Shown: positions 1 through 16,000 of the stretch, piece by piece
Position numbering within the stretch: position 1 is the first letter of the stretch
Layout: every line of letters begins with the position of its first letter
Source of the DNA: the human T2T-CHM13v2.0 reference genome, Homo sapiens
Assembly (NCBI RefSeq): GCF_009914755.1
Contig: NC_060937.1
Direction: 5' to 3' (one strand)
Length of the DNA: 64,000 nt
The notes under the pieces: model-generated
What the model was told of the DNA's origin: nothing
Database searches by the model: none
What the model saw: the letters and a program-made list of their open reading frames with translations, nothing else
Program-made: the position numbers and the translations under genes

Positions 1-378
1 GTACATAAAATATCAAAGTACCCAAACTATACATTATATACTGTACATAAAATATGAAATTACATCAAATATATATTATATTAGGTACATAAAATATGAA
101 AGTACATCAAATATAGATTATACACTGTACATAAAATACCAAAGAACCCCAAATATATATTATATACTGTACATGAAATATCAAAGTTCACAAACTATAT
201 ATTATATACTGTACATAAAATATCAAAGTACCCAAGGTATATATTCTATACTGTACAAAAAATATCAAAGTACCCAAAGCATGTATTATATAGTGTATAT
301 AAAATATGAAAGTACATCAAATATATATTTAATTCTGTACATAAAATATCAAAGTCCACCAAATATATATTCTATACT
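1..378 (+). repeat. Reference 378-bp 9-mer HOR unit (monomers m1-m9, my numbering)
   Basis: Diagnostic cores: m1 acccaaactatacatt; m2 gaaattacatcaaatatatattatattag; m3 gaaagtacatcaaatatagatt; m4 accccaaat; m5 catgaaatatcaaagttcacaaac; m6 acccaaggtatatattct; m7 gtacaaaaaa...aaagcatgt; m8 gaaagtacatcaaatatatattt; m9 cacca(a/g)atatatattctata. Confidence 0.95.
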
Positions 379-1200
379 GTACATAAAATATCAAAGTACC
401 CAAACTATACATTATATACTGTACATAAAATATGAAATTACATCAAATATATATTATATTAGGTACATAAAATATGAAAGTACATCAAATATAGATTATA
501 CACTGTACATAAAATACCAAAGAACCCCAAATATATATTATATACTGTACATGAAATATCAAAGTTCACAAACTATATATTATATAATGTACATAAAATA
601 TCAAAGTACCCAAGGTATATATTCTATACTGTACAAAAAATATCAAAGTACCCAAAGCATGTATTATATACTGTACATAAAATATGAAATTACATCAAAT
701 ATATATTATATTAGGTACATAAAATATGAAAGTACATCAAATATATATTATATACTGTACATTAAATACCAAAGTACCCAGACTATACATTATATACTGT
801 ACATAAAAGATGAAATTACATCCAATATATATTATATTTGGTACATAAAATATGAAAGTACATCAAATATAAATTATATACTGTACATAAAATACCAAAG
901 TACCCCAAATATATATTATATACTGTACATGAAATATCAAAGTTCACAAACTATATATTATATACTGTACATAAAATATCAAAGTACCCAAGTTATATAT
1001 TCTATACTGTACAAAAAATATCAAAGTACCCAAAGCATGTATTATATAGTGTATATAAAATATGAAAGTACATCAAATATATATTTTATTCTGTACATAA
1101 AATATCAAAGTACACCAAATATATATTCTATAGTGTACATAAAATATCAAAGTACCCAAACTATACATTATATACTGTACATAAAATATGAGATTACATC
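1..1200 (+). repeat. End of a pure 378-bp 'N-type' HOR domain
   Basis: m9 reads caccaaat (about 357 and 1113), m4 reads taccaaag, and m2 is full length. The first caccagat is at 1491 and the first 5-bp-deleted m2 at about 1581. Confidence 0.7.
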
Positions 1201-4200
1201 AAATATATATTATATTAGGTACATAAAATATGAAAGTACATCAGATATAGATTATATACTGTACATAAAATATCAAAGTACCCCAAATATGTATTATATA
1301 CTCTACATGAAATATCAAAGTTCGCAAACTATATATTATATACTGTACATAAAATATCAAAGTACCCAAGTTATATATTCTATACTGTACAAAAAATATC
1401 AAAGTACACAAAGCATGTATTATATACTGTATATAAAATATGAAAGTACATCAAATATATATTTTATTCTGTACATAAAATATCAAAGTACACCAGATAT
1501 ATATTCTATAGTGTACATAAAATAACAAAGTACACAAACTATAAATTATATACTGTACATAAAATATGAAATTACATCAAATATATATTAGGTACATAAA
1601 ATATGAATGTACATCAACTATAGATTATATACTGTACATATAATATCAATGTACTCCAAATATATATTTTATACTCTACATGAAACATCAAAGTTCACAA
1701 ACCATATATTTTATACTGTACATAAAATATCAAAGTACCCAAGGTATATATTCTATACTGTACAAAAAATATCAAAGTACCCAAAGCATATATTATATAC
1801 TGTACATAAAATATGAAAGTACAACAAATATATATTTTATTCCGTACATAAAATATCAAAGTACACCAGATATATATTCTATAGTGTACATAAAATATCA
1901 AAGTACCCAAACTATACATTATATACTGTACATAAAATATGAATTTACATCAAATATATATTATATTAGGTACATAAAATATGAAAGTACATCAAATATA
2001 GATTATATACTGTACATAAAATATCAAAGTACCCCAAATATATATTATACACTCTACATGAAATATCAAAGTTCACAAACTATATATTATATACTGTACA
2101 TAAAATATAAAAGTACCCAAGGCATATATTCTATACTGTACAAAAAATATCAAAGTACCCAAAGCATGTATTATATACTGTATATAAAATATGAAAGTAC
2201 ATCAAATACGTATTTTATTCTGTACATAAAATATCAAAGTACACCAGATATATATTCTATAGTGTACATAAAATAACAAAGTACACAAACTATAAATTAT
2301 ATACTGTACATAAAATATGAAATTACATCAAATATATATTAGGTACATAAAATATGAAAGTACATCAAATATAGATTATATACTGTACATAAAATATCAA
2401 AGTACCCCAAATATATATTATATACTCTACATGAAATATCAAAGTTCACAAACTATATATTATATACTGTACATAAAATATCAAAGTACCCAAGGTATAT
2501 ATTCTATACTGTACAAAAAATATCAAAGTACCCAAAGCATGTATTTTATACTGTACATAAAATATGAAAGTACATCAAATACATATTTTATTCTGTACAT
2601 AAAATATCAAAGTACACCAGATATATATTCTATAGTGTACATAAAATAACAAAGTACACAAACTATACATTATATACTGTACATAAAATATGAAATTACA
2701 TCAAATATATATTAGGTACATAAAATATGAAAGTACATCAAATATACGTTATATACTGTACATAAAATATCAAACTACCCCAAATATATATTATATACTC
2801 TACATGAAATATCAAAGTTCACAAACTATATATTATATACTGAACATAAAATATCAAAGTACCCAAAGTATATATTCTATACTGTACAAAAAATATCAAA
2901 GTACCCAAAGCATGTATTATATACTGTATATAAAATATGAAAGTACATCAAATATATATTTTATTCTGTACATAAAATATCAAAGTACACCAGATATATA
3001 TTCTATAGTGTACATAAAATAACAAAGTACACAAACTATAAATTATATACTGTACATAAAATATGAAATTACATCAAATATATATTAGGTACATAAAATA
3101 TGAAAGTACATCAAATATAGATTATATACTGTACATATAATATCAATGTACCCCAAATATATATTTTATACTCTACATGAAATATCAAAGTTCACAAACC
3201 ATATATTATATGCTGTACATAAAATATCAAAGTACCCAAGGTATATATTCTATACTGTACAAAAAATATCAAAGTACCCAAAGCATGTATTATATACTGT
3301 ACATAAAATATGAAAGTACATCAAATATATATTTTATTCTGTACATAAAATATCAAAGTACACCAGATATATATTCTATAGTGTACATAAAATATCAAAA
3401 GTACAAAACTATACATTATACACTGTACATAAAATATGAAATTTCATCAAATATATATTATATTAGGTACATAAAATATGAAAGTACATCAAATATAGAT
3501 TATATACTGTACATTAAATACCAAAGTACCCCAAATATATATTTTATACTCTACATGAAATATCAAAGTTCACAAACCATATATTATATACTGTACATAA
3601 AATATCAAAGTACCCAAGGTATATATTCTATACTGTACAAAAAATACCAAAGTACCCAAAGCATGTATTATATAATGTACATAACATATGAAAGTACATC
3701 AAATATATATTTTATTCTGTACATGAAATATCAAAGTACACCAGATATATATTCTATATTGTACATAAAATATCAAAGTACCCAAACTATACATTATATA
3801 CTGTACATAAAATATGAAATTACATCAAATATATATTATATTAGGTACATAAAATACGAAAGTACATCAAACATAGATTATATACTGTACATAAAATATC
3901 AAAGTACCCCAAATATATATTACATACTCTACATGAAATATCAAAGTTCACAAACTATATATTATATACTGTACATAAAATATCAAAGTACCCAAGGTAC
4001 ATATTCTGTACTGTACAAAAAATATCAAAGTACCCAAAGCATGTATTATATACTGTATATAAAATATGAAAGTACATCAAATATATATTTTATTCTGTAC
4101 GTAAAATATCAAAGTACACCAGATATATATTCTATAGTGTACATAAAATAACAAAGTACAAAAACTATAAATTATATACTGTACATAAAATATGAAATTA

Positions 4201-7200
4201 CATCAAATACATATTAGGTACATAAAATATGAAAGTACATCAAATATAGATTATGTACTGTACATAAAATATCAATGTACCCCAAATATATATTTTATAC
4301 TCTACATGAAATATCAAAGTTCACAAACCATATATTAAATACTGTACATAAAATATCAAAGTAACCAAGGTATATATTCTATACTGTACAAAAAATACCA
4401 AAGTACCCAAAGCATGTATTATATAATGTACATAACATATGAAAGTACATCAAATATATATTTTATTCTGTACATGAAATATCAAAGTACACCAGATATA
4501 TATTCTATAGTGTACATAAAATATCAAAGTACCCAAACTATACATTATATACTGTACATAAAATATGAAATTACATCAAATATATATCATATTAGGTACA
4601 TAAAATAAGAAAGAACATCAAATGTAGATTATATACTGTATATAAAATATCAAAGTACCCCAAATATATATTATATACTCTACATGAAATATCAAAGTTC
4701 GCAAACTATATATTATATACTGTACATAAAATATCAAAGTACCCAAGGTATATATTCTATACTGTACAAAAAATATCAAAGTACCCAAAGCATGTATTAT
4801 ATACTGTACATAAAATATGAAAATACATTAAATATATATTTTATTCTGTACATAAAATATCAAAGTACTCCAGATATATATTCTATAGTGTACATAAAAT
4901 AACAAAGTACACAAAGTATAAATTATATACTGTACGTAAAATATGAAATTACATCAAATATATATTAGGTACATAAAATATGAAAGTACATCAAATATAG
5001 ATTATATACTGTACATATAATATCAATGTACCCCAAATATATATTTTATACTCTACATGAAATATCAAAGTTCACAAACCATACATTATATACTGTACAT
5101 AAAATATCAAAGTACCCAAGGTATATATTCTATACTGTACAAAAAATATCAAAGTACCCAAAGCATGTATTATATACTGTATATAAAATATGAAAGTACA
5201 TCAAATATATATTTTATTCTGTACATAAAATATCAAAGTACACCAGATATATATTCTACAGTCTACATAAAATATCAAAGTACCCAAACTATACATTATA
5301 TACTGTACATAAAATATGAAATTACATCAAATATATATTAGGTACATAAAATATGAAAGTACATCAAATATAGATTATATACTGTACTTAAAATATCAAA
5401 GTACCCCAAATATATATTATATACTGTACATGAAATATCAAAGTTCACAAACTATATATTATATACTGTACATAAAATATCAAAGTACCCAAGGTATATA
5501 TTCTATACTGTACAAAAAATATCAAAGTACCAAAAGCATGTAGTATATACTGTACATAAAATAACAAAGTACCCCAAATATATATTATATACTCTACATG
5601 AAATATCAAAGTTCACAAACTATATATTATATACTGTACATAAAATATCAAAGTACCCAAGGTATATATTCTATACTGTACAAAAAATATCAAAGTACCC
5701 AAAGCATGTATTATATACTGTACATAAAATATGAAAGTACATCAAATATATATTTTATTCTGTACATCAAATATCAAAGTACACCAGATATATATTCTAT
5801 AGTGTACATAAAATAACAAAGTACACAAACTATAAATTATATACTGTATATAAAATATGAAATTACATCAAAAATATATTAGGTACATAAAATATGAAAG
5901 TACATCAAATATAGATTATATACTGTACATAAAATATCAATGTACCCCAAATATATATTTTATACTCTACATGAAATATCAAAGTTCACAAACTATATAT
6001 TATATACTGTACATAAAATATCAAAATACCCAAGGTATATATTCTATACTGAACAAAAAATATCAAAGTACCCAAAGCATGTATTATATACTGTACATAA
6101 AATATGAAAGTACATCAAATATATATCTTATTCTGTACATAAAATATCAATGTACACCAGATATATATTCTATAGTGTACATAAAATATCAAAGTACCCA
6201 AACTATACATTATATACTGTACAGAAAATATGAAATTACAGCAAATATATATTATATTAGGTACATAAAATATGAAAGTACATCAAATATAGATTATATA
6301 CTGTACATTAAATACCAAAGTAACCCAAATATATATTTTATACTGTACATGAAATATCAAAGTTCACAAACCATATATTATATACTCTACATAAAATATC
6401 AAAGTACACAAGGTATATATTCTATACTGTACAAAAAATATCAAAGTACCCAAAGCATGTATTATAAACTGTACATAAAATATGAAAGTACATCAAATAT
6501 ATATTTTATTCTGTACATAAAATATCAAAGTACACCAGATATATATTCTACACTGTACATAAAATATCAAATTACCCAAACTATACATTATATACTGTAC
6601 ATAAAATATAAGATTACATCAAATATATATTATATTAGGTACATAAAATATGAAAGTACATCAGATATAGATTATATACTGTACATAAAATATCAAAGTA
6701 CCCCAAATATATATTATATACTCTACATGAAATATGAAAGTTCGCAAACTATATATTATATACTTTACATAAAATATCAAAGTACCCAAGGTATATATTC
6801 TATACTGTACAAAAAATATCAAAGTACCCAAAGCATGTATTATATACTGTACATAAAATATGAAAGTACATCAAGTATATATTTTATTCTGTACATAAAA
6901 TATCAAAGTACACCAGATATATATTCTATAGAGTACATAAAATATCAAAGTACCCAAACTAAACATTATATACTGTGCATAAAATATGAGATTACATCAA
7001 ATATATATTATATTAGGTACATAAAATATGAAAGTACATCAGACATAGATTATATACTGTACATAAAATATCAAAGTACCCCAAATATATATTATATACT
7101 CTACATGAAATATCAAAGTTCACAAACTATATATTATATACTGTACATAAAATATCAAAGTACCCAAGGTATATATTCTATACTGTACAAAAAATATCAA

Positions 7201-10200
7201 AGTACCCAAAGCATGTATTATATACTGTACATAAAATATGAAAGTACATCAAGTATATATTTTATTCTGTACATAAAATATCAAAGTACACCACATATAT
7301 ATTCTATAGTGTACATAAAATAACAAATTACACAAACTATACATTATATACTGTACATAAAATATGAAATTACATCAAATATATATTAGGTACATAAAAT
7401 ATGAAAGTACATCAAATATAGATTATATACTGTACATATAATATCAATGTACCCCAAATATATATTTTATACTCTACATGAAATATCAAAGTTCACAAAC
7501 CATACATTATATACTGTACATAAAATATCAAAGTACCCAAGGTATATATTCTATACTATACAAAAAATATCAAAGTACCCAAAGCATGTATTATATACTG
7601 TACATAAAATATGAAAGTACATCAAATATATATTTTATTCTGTACATAAAATATCAAAGTACACCAGATATATATTCTATAGTGTACATAAAATATCAAA
7701 GTTCCCATACTATACACTATATACTGTACATAAAATATGAAATTACATGAAATATATATTAGGTACATAAAATATGAAAGTACATCAAATATAGATTATA
7801 TACTGTACATAAAATATCAAAGTACCCCAAATATATATTATATACTCTACATGAAATATCAAAGTTCACAAACTATATATTATATACTGTACATAAAATA
7901 TCAAAGTACCCAAGGTATATATTCTATACTGTACAAAAAATATCAAAGTACCCAAAGCATGTATTATATACTGTACATAAAATATGAAATTACGTCAAAT
8001 ATATATTTTATTCTGTACATAAAATATCAAAGTACACCAGATATATATTCTATAGTGTACATAAAATAACAAAGTACACAAACTATACATTATATACTGT
8101 ACATAAAATATGAAATTACATCAAATATATATTAGGTACATAAAATATGAAAGTACATCAAATATAGATTATATACTGTACATAAAATATCAAAGTACCC
8201 CAAATATATATTATATACTCTACATGAAATATCAAAGTTCACATACCAGATATTATATACTGTACATAAAATATAAAAGTACCCAAGGTATATATTCTAT
8301 ACTGTACAAAAAATATCAAAGTACCCAAAGCATGTATTATATACTGTATATAAAATATGAAAGTACATTAAATACATATTTTTTTCTGTACATAAAATAT
8401 CAAACTACACCAGATATATATTCTATAGTGTACATAAAAAAACAAAGTACACAAACTATAAATTATATACTGTACATAAAATATGAAATTACATCAAATA
8501 TATATTAGGTACATAAAATATGAAAGTACATCAAATATAGATTATATACTGTACATATCAATGTACCCGAAATATATATTTTATACTCTACATGAAATAT
8601 CAAAGTTCACAAACTATATATTATATACTGTACATAAAATATCAAAGTACCCAAGGTATATATTCTATACTGTACAAAAAATATCAAAGTACCCAAAGCA
8701 TGTAGTATATACTGTACATAAAATATCAAAGTACCCCAAATATATATTATATACTCTACATGAAATATCAAAGTTCACAAGCTATATATTATATACTGTA
8801 CATAAAATATCAAAGTACCCAAGGTATATATTCTATACTGTACAAAAAATATCAAAGTACACAAAGCATGTATTATATACTGTACATAAAATATGAAAGT
8901 ACATCAAATATATATTTTATTCTGTACATAAAATATCAAAGTACACCAGATATATATTCTATAGTGTACATAAAATAACAAAGTACACAAACTATAAATT
9001 ATATACTGTACATAAAATATGAAATTACATCAAATATATATTAGGTACAAAAAATATGAAAGTACATCAAATATAGATTATATACTGTACATAAAATATC
9101 AATGTACAGCAAATATATATTTTATACTCTACATGAAATATCAAAGTTCACAAACCATATATTATATACTGTACATAAAATATCAAAGTACCCAAGGTAT
9201 ATATTCTATACTGTACAAAAAATATCAAACTACCCAAAGCATGTATTATATACTATACATAAAATATGAGAGTACATCAAATATATATTTTATTCTGTAC
9301 ATAAAATATCAAAGTACACCAGATATATATTCTATAGTGTACATAAAATATCAAAGTACACAAAACTATACATTATATACTGTACATAAAATATGAAATT
9401 ACATCAAATATATATTAGGTACATAAAATATGAAAGTACATCAAATATAGATTATATACTGTACATAAAATATCAAAGTACCCCAAATATATATTATATA
9501 CTCTACATGAAATATCAAAGTTCACAAACTATATATTATATACCGTACATAAAATATCAAAGTACCCAAGGTATATATTCTATACTGTACAAAAAATATC
9601 AAAGTACCTAAAGCATGTATTATATACTGTATATAAAATATGAAAGTACATCAAATATATATTTTATTCTGTACATAAAATATCAAAGTACACCAGATTT
9701 ATATTCTATAGTGTACATAAAATAACAAAGTACAAAAACTATAAATTATATACTGTACATAAAATATGAAATTACATCAAATACATGTTAGGTACATAAA
9801 ATATGAAAGTACATCAAATATAGATTATATACTGTACATAAAATATCAATGTACCCCAAATATATATTTTATACTCTACATGAAATATCAAAGTTCACAA
9901 ACCATATATTATATACTGTACATAAAATATCAAAGTAACCAAGGTATATATTCTATACTGTACAAAAAATACCAAAGTACCCAAAGCATGTATTATATAA
10001 TGTACATAACATATGAAAGTACATCAAATATATATTTTATTCTGTACATGAAATATCAAAGTACACCAGATATATATTCTATAGTGTACATAAAATATCA
10101 AAGTACCCAAACTATACATTATATACTGTACATAAAATATGAAATTACATCAAATATATATTATATTAGGTACATAAAATATGAAAGAACATCAAATGTA

Positions 10201-13009
10201 GATTATATACTGTACATAAAATATAAAAGTACCCCAAATATATATTATATACTCTACATGAAATATCAAAGTTCACAAACCAAACATTATATACTGTACA
10301 TAAAATATCAAAGTACCCAAGTTATATATTCTATAATGTACAAAAAATATCAAAGTAACCAAAGCGTGTATTATATACTGTATATAAAATATGAAATTAC
10401 ATCAAATATATATTTTATTCTGAACATAAAATATCAAAGTACACCAGATATATATTCTATATTGTACATAAAATATCAAAGTACCCAAACTATACATTAT
10501 ATACTGTACATAAAATATGAAATTACATCAAATATATATTATATTAGGTACATAAAATACGAAAGTACATCAAACATAGATTATATACTGTACATAAAAT
10601 ATCAAAGTACCCCAAATATATATTACATACTCTACATGAAATATCAAAGTTCACAAACTATATATTATATACTGTACATAAAATATCAAAGTACCCAAGG
10701 TACATATTCTATACTGTACAAAAAATATCAAAGTACCCAAAGCATGTATTATATACTGTACATAAAATATGAAAGTACATCAAATATATATTTTATTCTG
10801 TACATAAAATATCAAAGTACACCAGATATATATTCTATAGTGTACATAAACTATCAAAGTACCCAAACTATACATTATTTACTGTACATAAAATATGAAA
10901 TGACATCAAATATATATTAGGTACATAAAATATGAAAGTACATCAAATATAGATTATATACTGTACATAAAATATCAAAGTACCCCAAATAAATATTATA
11001 TACTCTACATGAAATATCAAAGTTCACAAACCATATATTATATACTGTACATAAAATATCAAAGTACCCAAGGTATATATTCTATACTATACAAAAAACA
11101 TCAAAGTACCCAAAGCATGTATTATATACTGTACATAAAATATGAAAGTACATCAAATATATATTTTATTCTGTACATAAAATATCAAAGTACACCAGAT
11201 ATGTATTCTATAGTGTACATAAAATAACAAAGTACACAAACTATAAATTATATACTGTACATAAAATATGAAATTACATCAAATATATATTAGGTACATA
11301 AAATATGAAAGTACATCAAATATAGATTATATACTGTACATAAAATATCAAAGTACCCCAAATATATATTATATACTGTACATGAAATATCAAAGTTCAC
11401 AAACTATATATTATATACTGTACATAAAATATCAAAGTACCCAAGGTATATATTCTATACTGTACAAAAAATATCAAAGTACCCAAAGCATGTAGTATAT
11501 ACTGTACATAAAATATCAAAGTACCCCAAATATATATTATATACTCTACATGAAATATCAAAGTTCACAAACTATATATTATATACTGTACATAAAATAT
11601 CAAAGTACCCAAGGTATATATTCTATACTGTACAAAAAATATCAAAGTACACAAAGCATGTATTATATACTGTACATAAAATATGAAAGTACATCAAATA
11701 TATATTTTATTCTGTACATAAAATATCAAAGTACACCAGATATATATTCTATAGTGTACATAAAATAACAAAGTACACAAACTATAAATTATATACTGTA
11801 CATAAAATATGAAATTACATCAAATATATATTAGGTACAAAAAATATGAAAGTACATCAAATATAGATTATATACTGTACATAAAATATCAATGTACAGC
11901 AAATATATATTTTATACTCTACATGAAATATCAAAGTTCACAAACCATATATTATATACTGTACATAAAATATCAAAGTACCCAAGGTATATATTCTATA
12001 CTGTACAAAAAATATCAAACTACCCAAAGCATGTATTATATACTATACATAAAATATGAGAGTACATCAAATATATATTTTATTCTGTACATAAAATATC
12101 AAAGTACACCAGATATATATTCTATAGTGTACATAAAATATCAAAGTACCCAAACTATACATTATATACTGTACATAAAATATGAAATTACATCAAATAT
12201 ATATTATATTAGGTACATAAAATATGAAAGAACATCAAATGTAGATTATATACTGTACATAAAATATCAAAGTACCATAAATATATATTATATACTCTAC
12301 ATGAAATATCAAAGTTCACAAACCATACATTATATACTGTACATAAAATATCAAAGTACCCAAGGTATATATTCTATAATGTACAAAAAATATCAAAGTA
12401 ACCAAAGCGTGTATTATATACTGTATATAAAATATGAAATTACATCAAATATATATTTTATTCTGAACATAAAATATCAAAGTACACCAGATATATATTC
12501 TATATTGTACATAAAATATCAAAGTACCCAAACTATACATTATATACTGTACATAAAATATGAAATTACATCAAATATATATTATATTAGGTACATAAAA
12601 TACGAAAGTACATCAAACATAGATTATATACTGTACATAAAATATCAAAGTACCCCAAATATATATTACATACTCTACATGAAATATCAAAGTTCACAAA
12701 CTATATATTATATACTGTACATAAAATATCAAAGTACCCAAGGTACATATTCTATACTGTACAAAAAATATCAAAGTACCCAAAGCATGTATTATATACT
12801 GTATATAAAATATGAAAGTACATCAAATATATATTTTATTCTGTACGTAAAATATCAAAGTACACCAGATATATATTCTATAGTGTACATAAAATAACAA
12901 AGTACAAAAACTATAAATTATATACTGTACATAAAATATGAAATTACATCAAATACATATTAGGTACATAAAATATGAAAGTACATCAAATATAGATTAT
13001 ATACTGTAC

Positions 13010-16000
13010 ATAAAATATCAAAGTACCCCAAATATATATTATATACTCTACATGAAATATCAAAGTTCACAAACTATATATTATATACTGTACATAAAAT
13101 ATCAAAGTACCCAAGGTATATTTTCTATACTGTACAAAAAATATCAAAGTACACAAAGCATGTATTATATACTGTATATAAAATATGAAAGTACATCAAA
13201 TATATATTTTATTCTGTACATAAAATATCAAAGTACACCAGATATATATTCTATAGTGTACATAAAATAACAAAGTACACAAACTATAAATTATATACTG
13301 TACATAAAATATGAAATTACATCAAATATATATTAGGTACATATAATATGAATGTACATCAAATATAGATTATATACTGTACATATAATATCAATGTACC
13401 CCAAATATATATTTTATACTCTACATGAAACATCAAAGTTCACAAACCATATATTTTATACTGTACATAAAATATCAAAGTACCCAAGGTATATATTCTA
13501 TACTGTACAAAAAATATCAAAGTACCCAAAGCATATATTATATACTGTACATAAAATATGAAAGTACATCAAATATATATTTTATTCTGTACATAAAATA
13601 TCAAAGTACACCAGATATATATTCTATAGTGTACATAAAATAACAAAGTACACAAACTATACATTATATACTTTACATAAAATATGAAATTACATCAAAT
13701 ATATATTAGGTACATAAAATATGAAAGTACATCAAATATAGATTATATACTGTACATAAAATATCAAAGTACCCCAAATATATATTATATACTCTACATG
13801 AAATATCAAAGTTCGCAAACTATATATTATATACTGTACATAAAATATCAAAGTACCCAAGGTATATATTCTATACTGTGCAGAAAATATCAAAGTACCC
13901 AAAGCATGTATTATATACTGTATATAAAATATGAAAGTACATCAAATATATATTTTATTCTGTACATAAAATAACAAAGTACACCAGATATATATTCTAT
14001 AGTGTACATAAAATAACAAAGTACACAAACTATAAATTATATACTGTACATAAAATATGAAATTACCTCAAATATATATTAAGTACATAAAATATGAAAG
14101 TACATCAAATATAGATTATATACTGTACATAAAATATCAATGTACCCCAAATATATATTTTATACTCTACATGAAATATCAAAGTTCACAAACCATATAT
14201 TATATACTGTACATAAAATATCAAACTACCCAAGGTATATATTCTATACTATACAAAAAATATCAAAGTACCCAAAACATGTATTATATACTGTACATAA
14301 AATATGAAAGTACATCAAATATATATTTTATTCTGTACATAAAATATCAAAGTACACCAGATATATATTCTATAGTGTACATAAAATATCAAAGTACCCA
14401 AACTATACATTATATGCTATATATAAAATATGAGATTACATCAAATATATATTATATTAGGTACATAAAATATGAAAGTACATCAAATATAGATTATATA
14501 CTGTACATAAAATATCAAAGTACCCCAAATATATATTATATACTGTACATGAAATATCAAACTTCACAAACTTTATATTATATACTGTACATAAAATATC
14601 AAAGTACCCAAGGTATATATTCTATACTGTACAAAAAATATCAAAGTACCCAAAGCATGTTTTATATACTGTACATAAAATATGAAAGTACATCAAATAT
14701 ATATTTTATTCTGTACATAAAATATCAAGGTACACCAGATATATATTCTATAGTGTACATAAAATAGCAAAGTACACAAACTATAAATTATGTACTGTAC
14801 ATAAAATATGAAATTACATCAAATATATATTAGGTACATAAAATATGAAAGTACATCAAATGTAGATTATATACTGTACATAAAATATCAATGTACCCCA
14901 AATATATATTTTACACTCTACATGAAATATCAAAGTTCACAAACCATATATTATATACTGTATATAAAATATCAAAGTACCCAAGGTATATATTCTATAC
15001 TTTACAACAAATATCAAAGTACCCAAAGCATGTATTATATACTGTACATAAAATATGAAAGTACATGAAATATATATTTTATTCTGTACATAAAATATCA
15101 AAGTACACCAGATATATATTCTATAGAGTACATAAAATATCAAAGTACCCAAAGTATAGATTATATACTGTACATAAAATATGAAATTACATCAAATATA
15201 TATTATATTAGGTACATAAAATATGAAAGTACATCAAATATAGATTATATACTGTACATTAAATACCAAAGTACCCCAAATATATATTTTATACTGTACA
15301 TGAAATATCAAGGTTCACACACTATATATTATATACTGTACATAAAATATCAAAGTACCCAAGGTATATATTCAATACTGTACAAAAAATATCAAAGTAC
15401 CCAAAGCATGTATTATAAACTGTACATAAAATATGAAAGTATATCAAATATATATTTTATTCTGTACATAAAATATCAAAGTACACCGGATATATATTCT
15501 ATAGTGTACATAAAATATCAAAGTACCCAAACTATACATTATATACTGTACATAAAATATGAAATTACATCAAATATATATTATGTACATAAAATATGAA
15601 AGTACATCAAATATAGATTATATACTGTACATAAAATATCAAAGTACCCCAAATATATATTATATACTCTACATGAAATATCAAAGTTCACAAACTATAT
15701 ATTATATACTGTACATAAAATATCAAAGTACCCAAGGTATATATTCTATACTGCACAAAAAAAACAAAGTACCCAAAGCATATATTATATACTGTATATA
15801 AAATATGAAAGTTCATCAAATATATATTTTATTCTGTACATAAAATATCAAAATACACCAGATATATATTCTATAGTGTACATAAAATAACAAAGTACAC
15901 AATCTATAAATTATATACTGTACATAAAATATGAAATTACATCAAATATATATTAGGTACATAAAATATGAAAGTACATCAAATATAGATTATATACTGT

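Noticed and set aside
8551-8570. Second 5-bp deletion (gtacatatcaatg) as a new subfamily
   Set aside because: Seen only once; a simple slippage or sequencing event.
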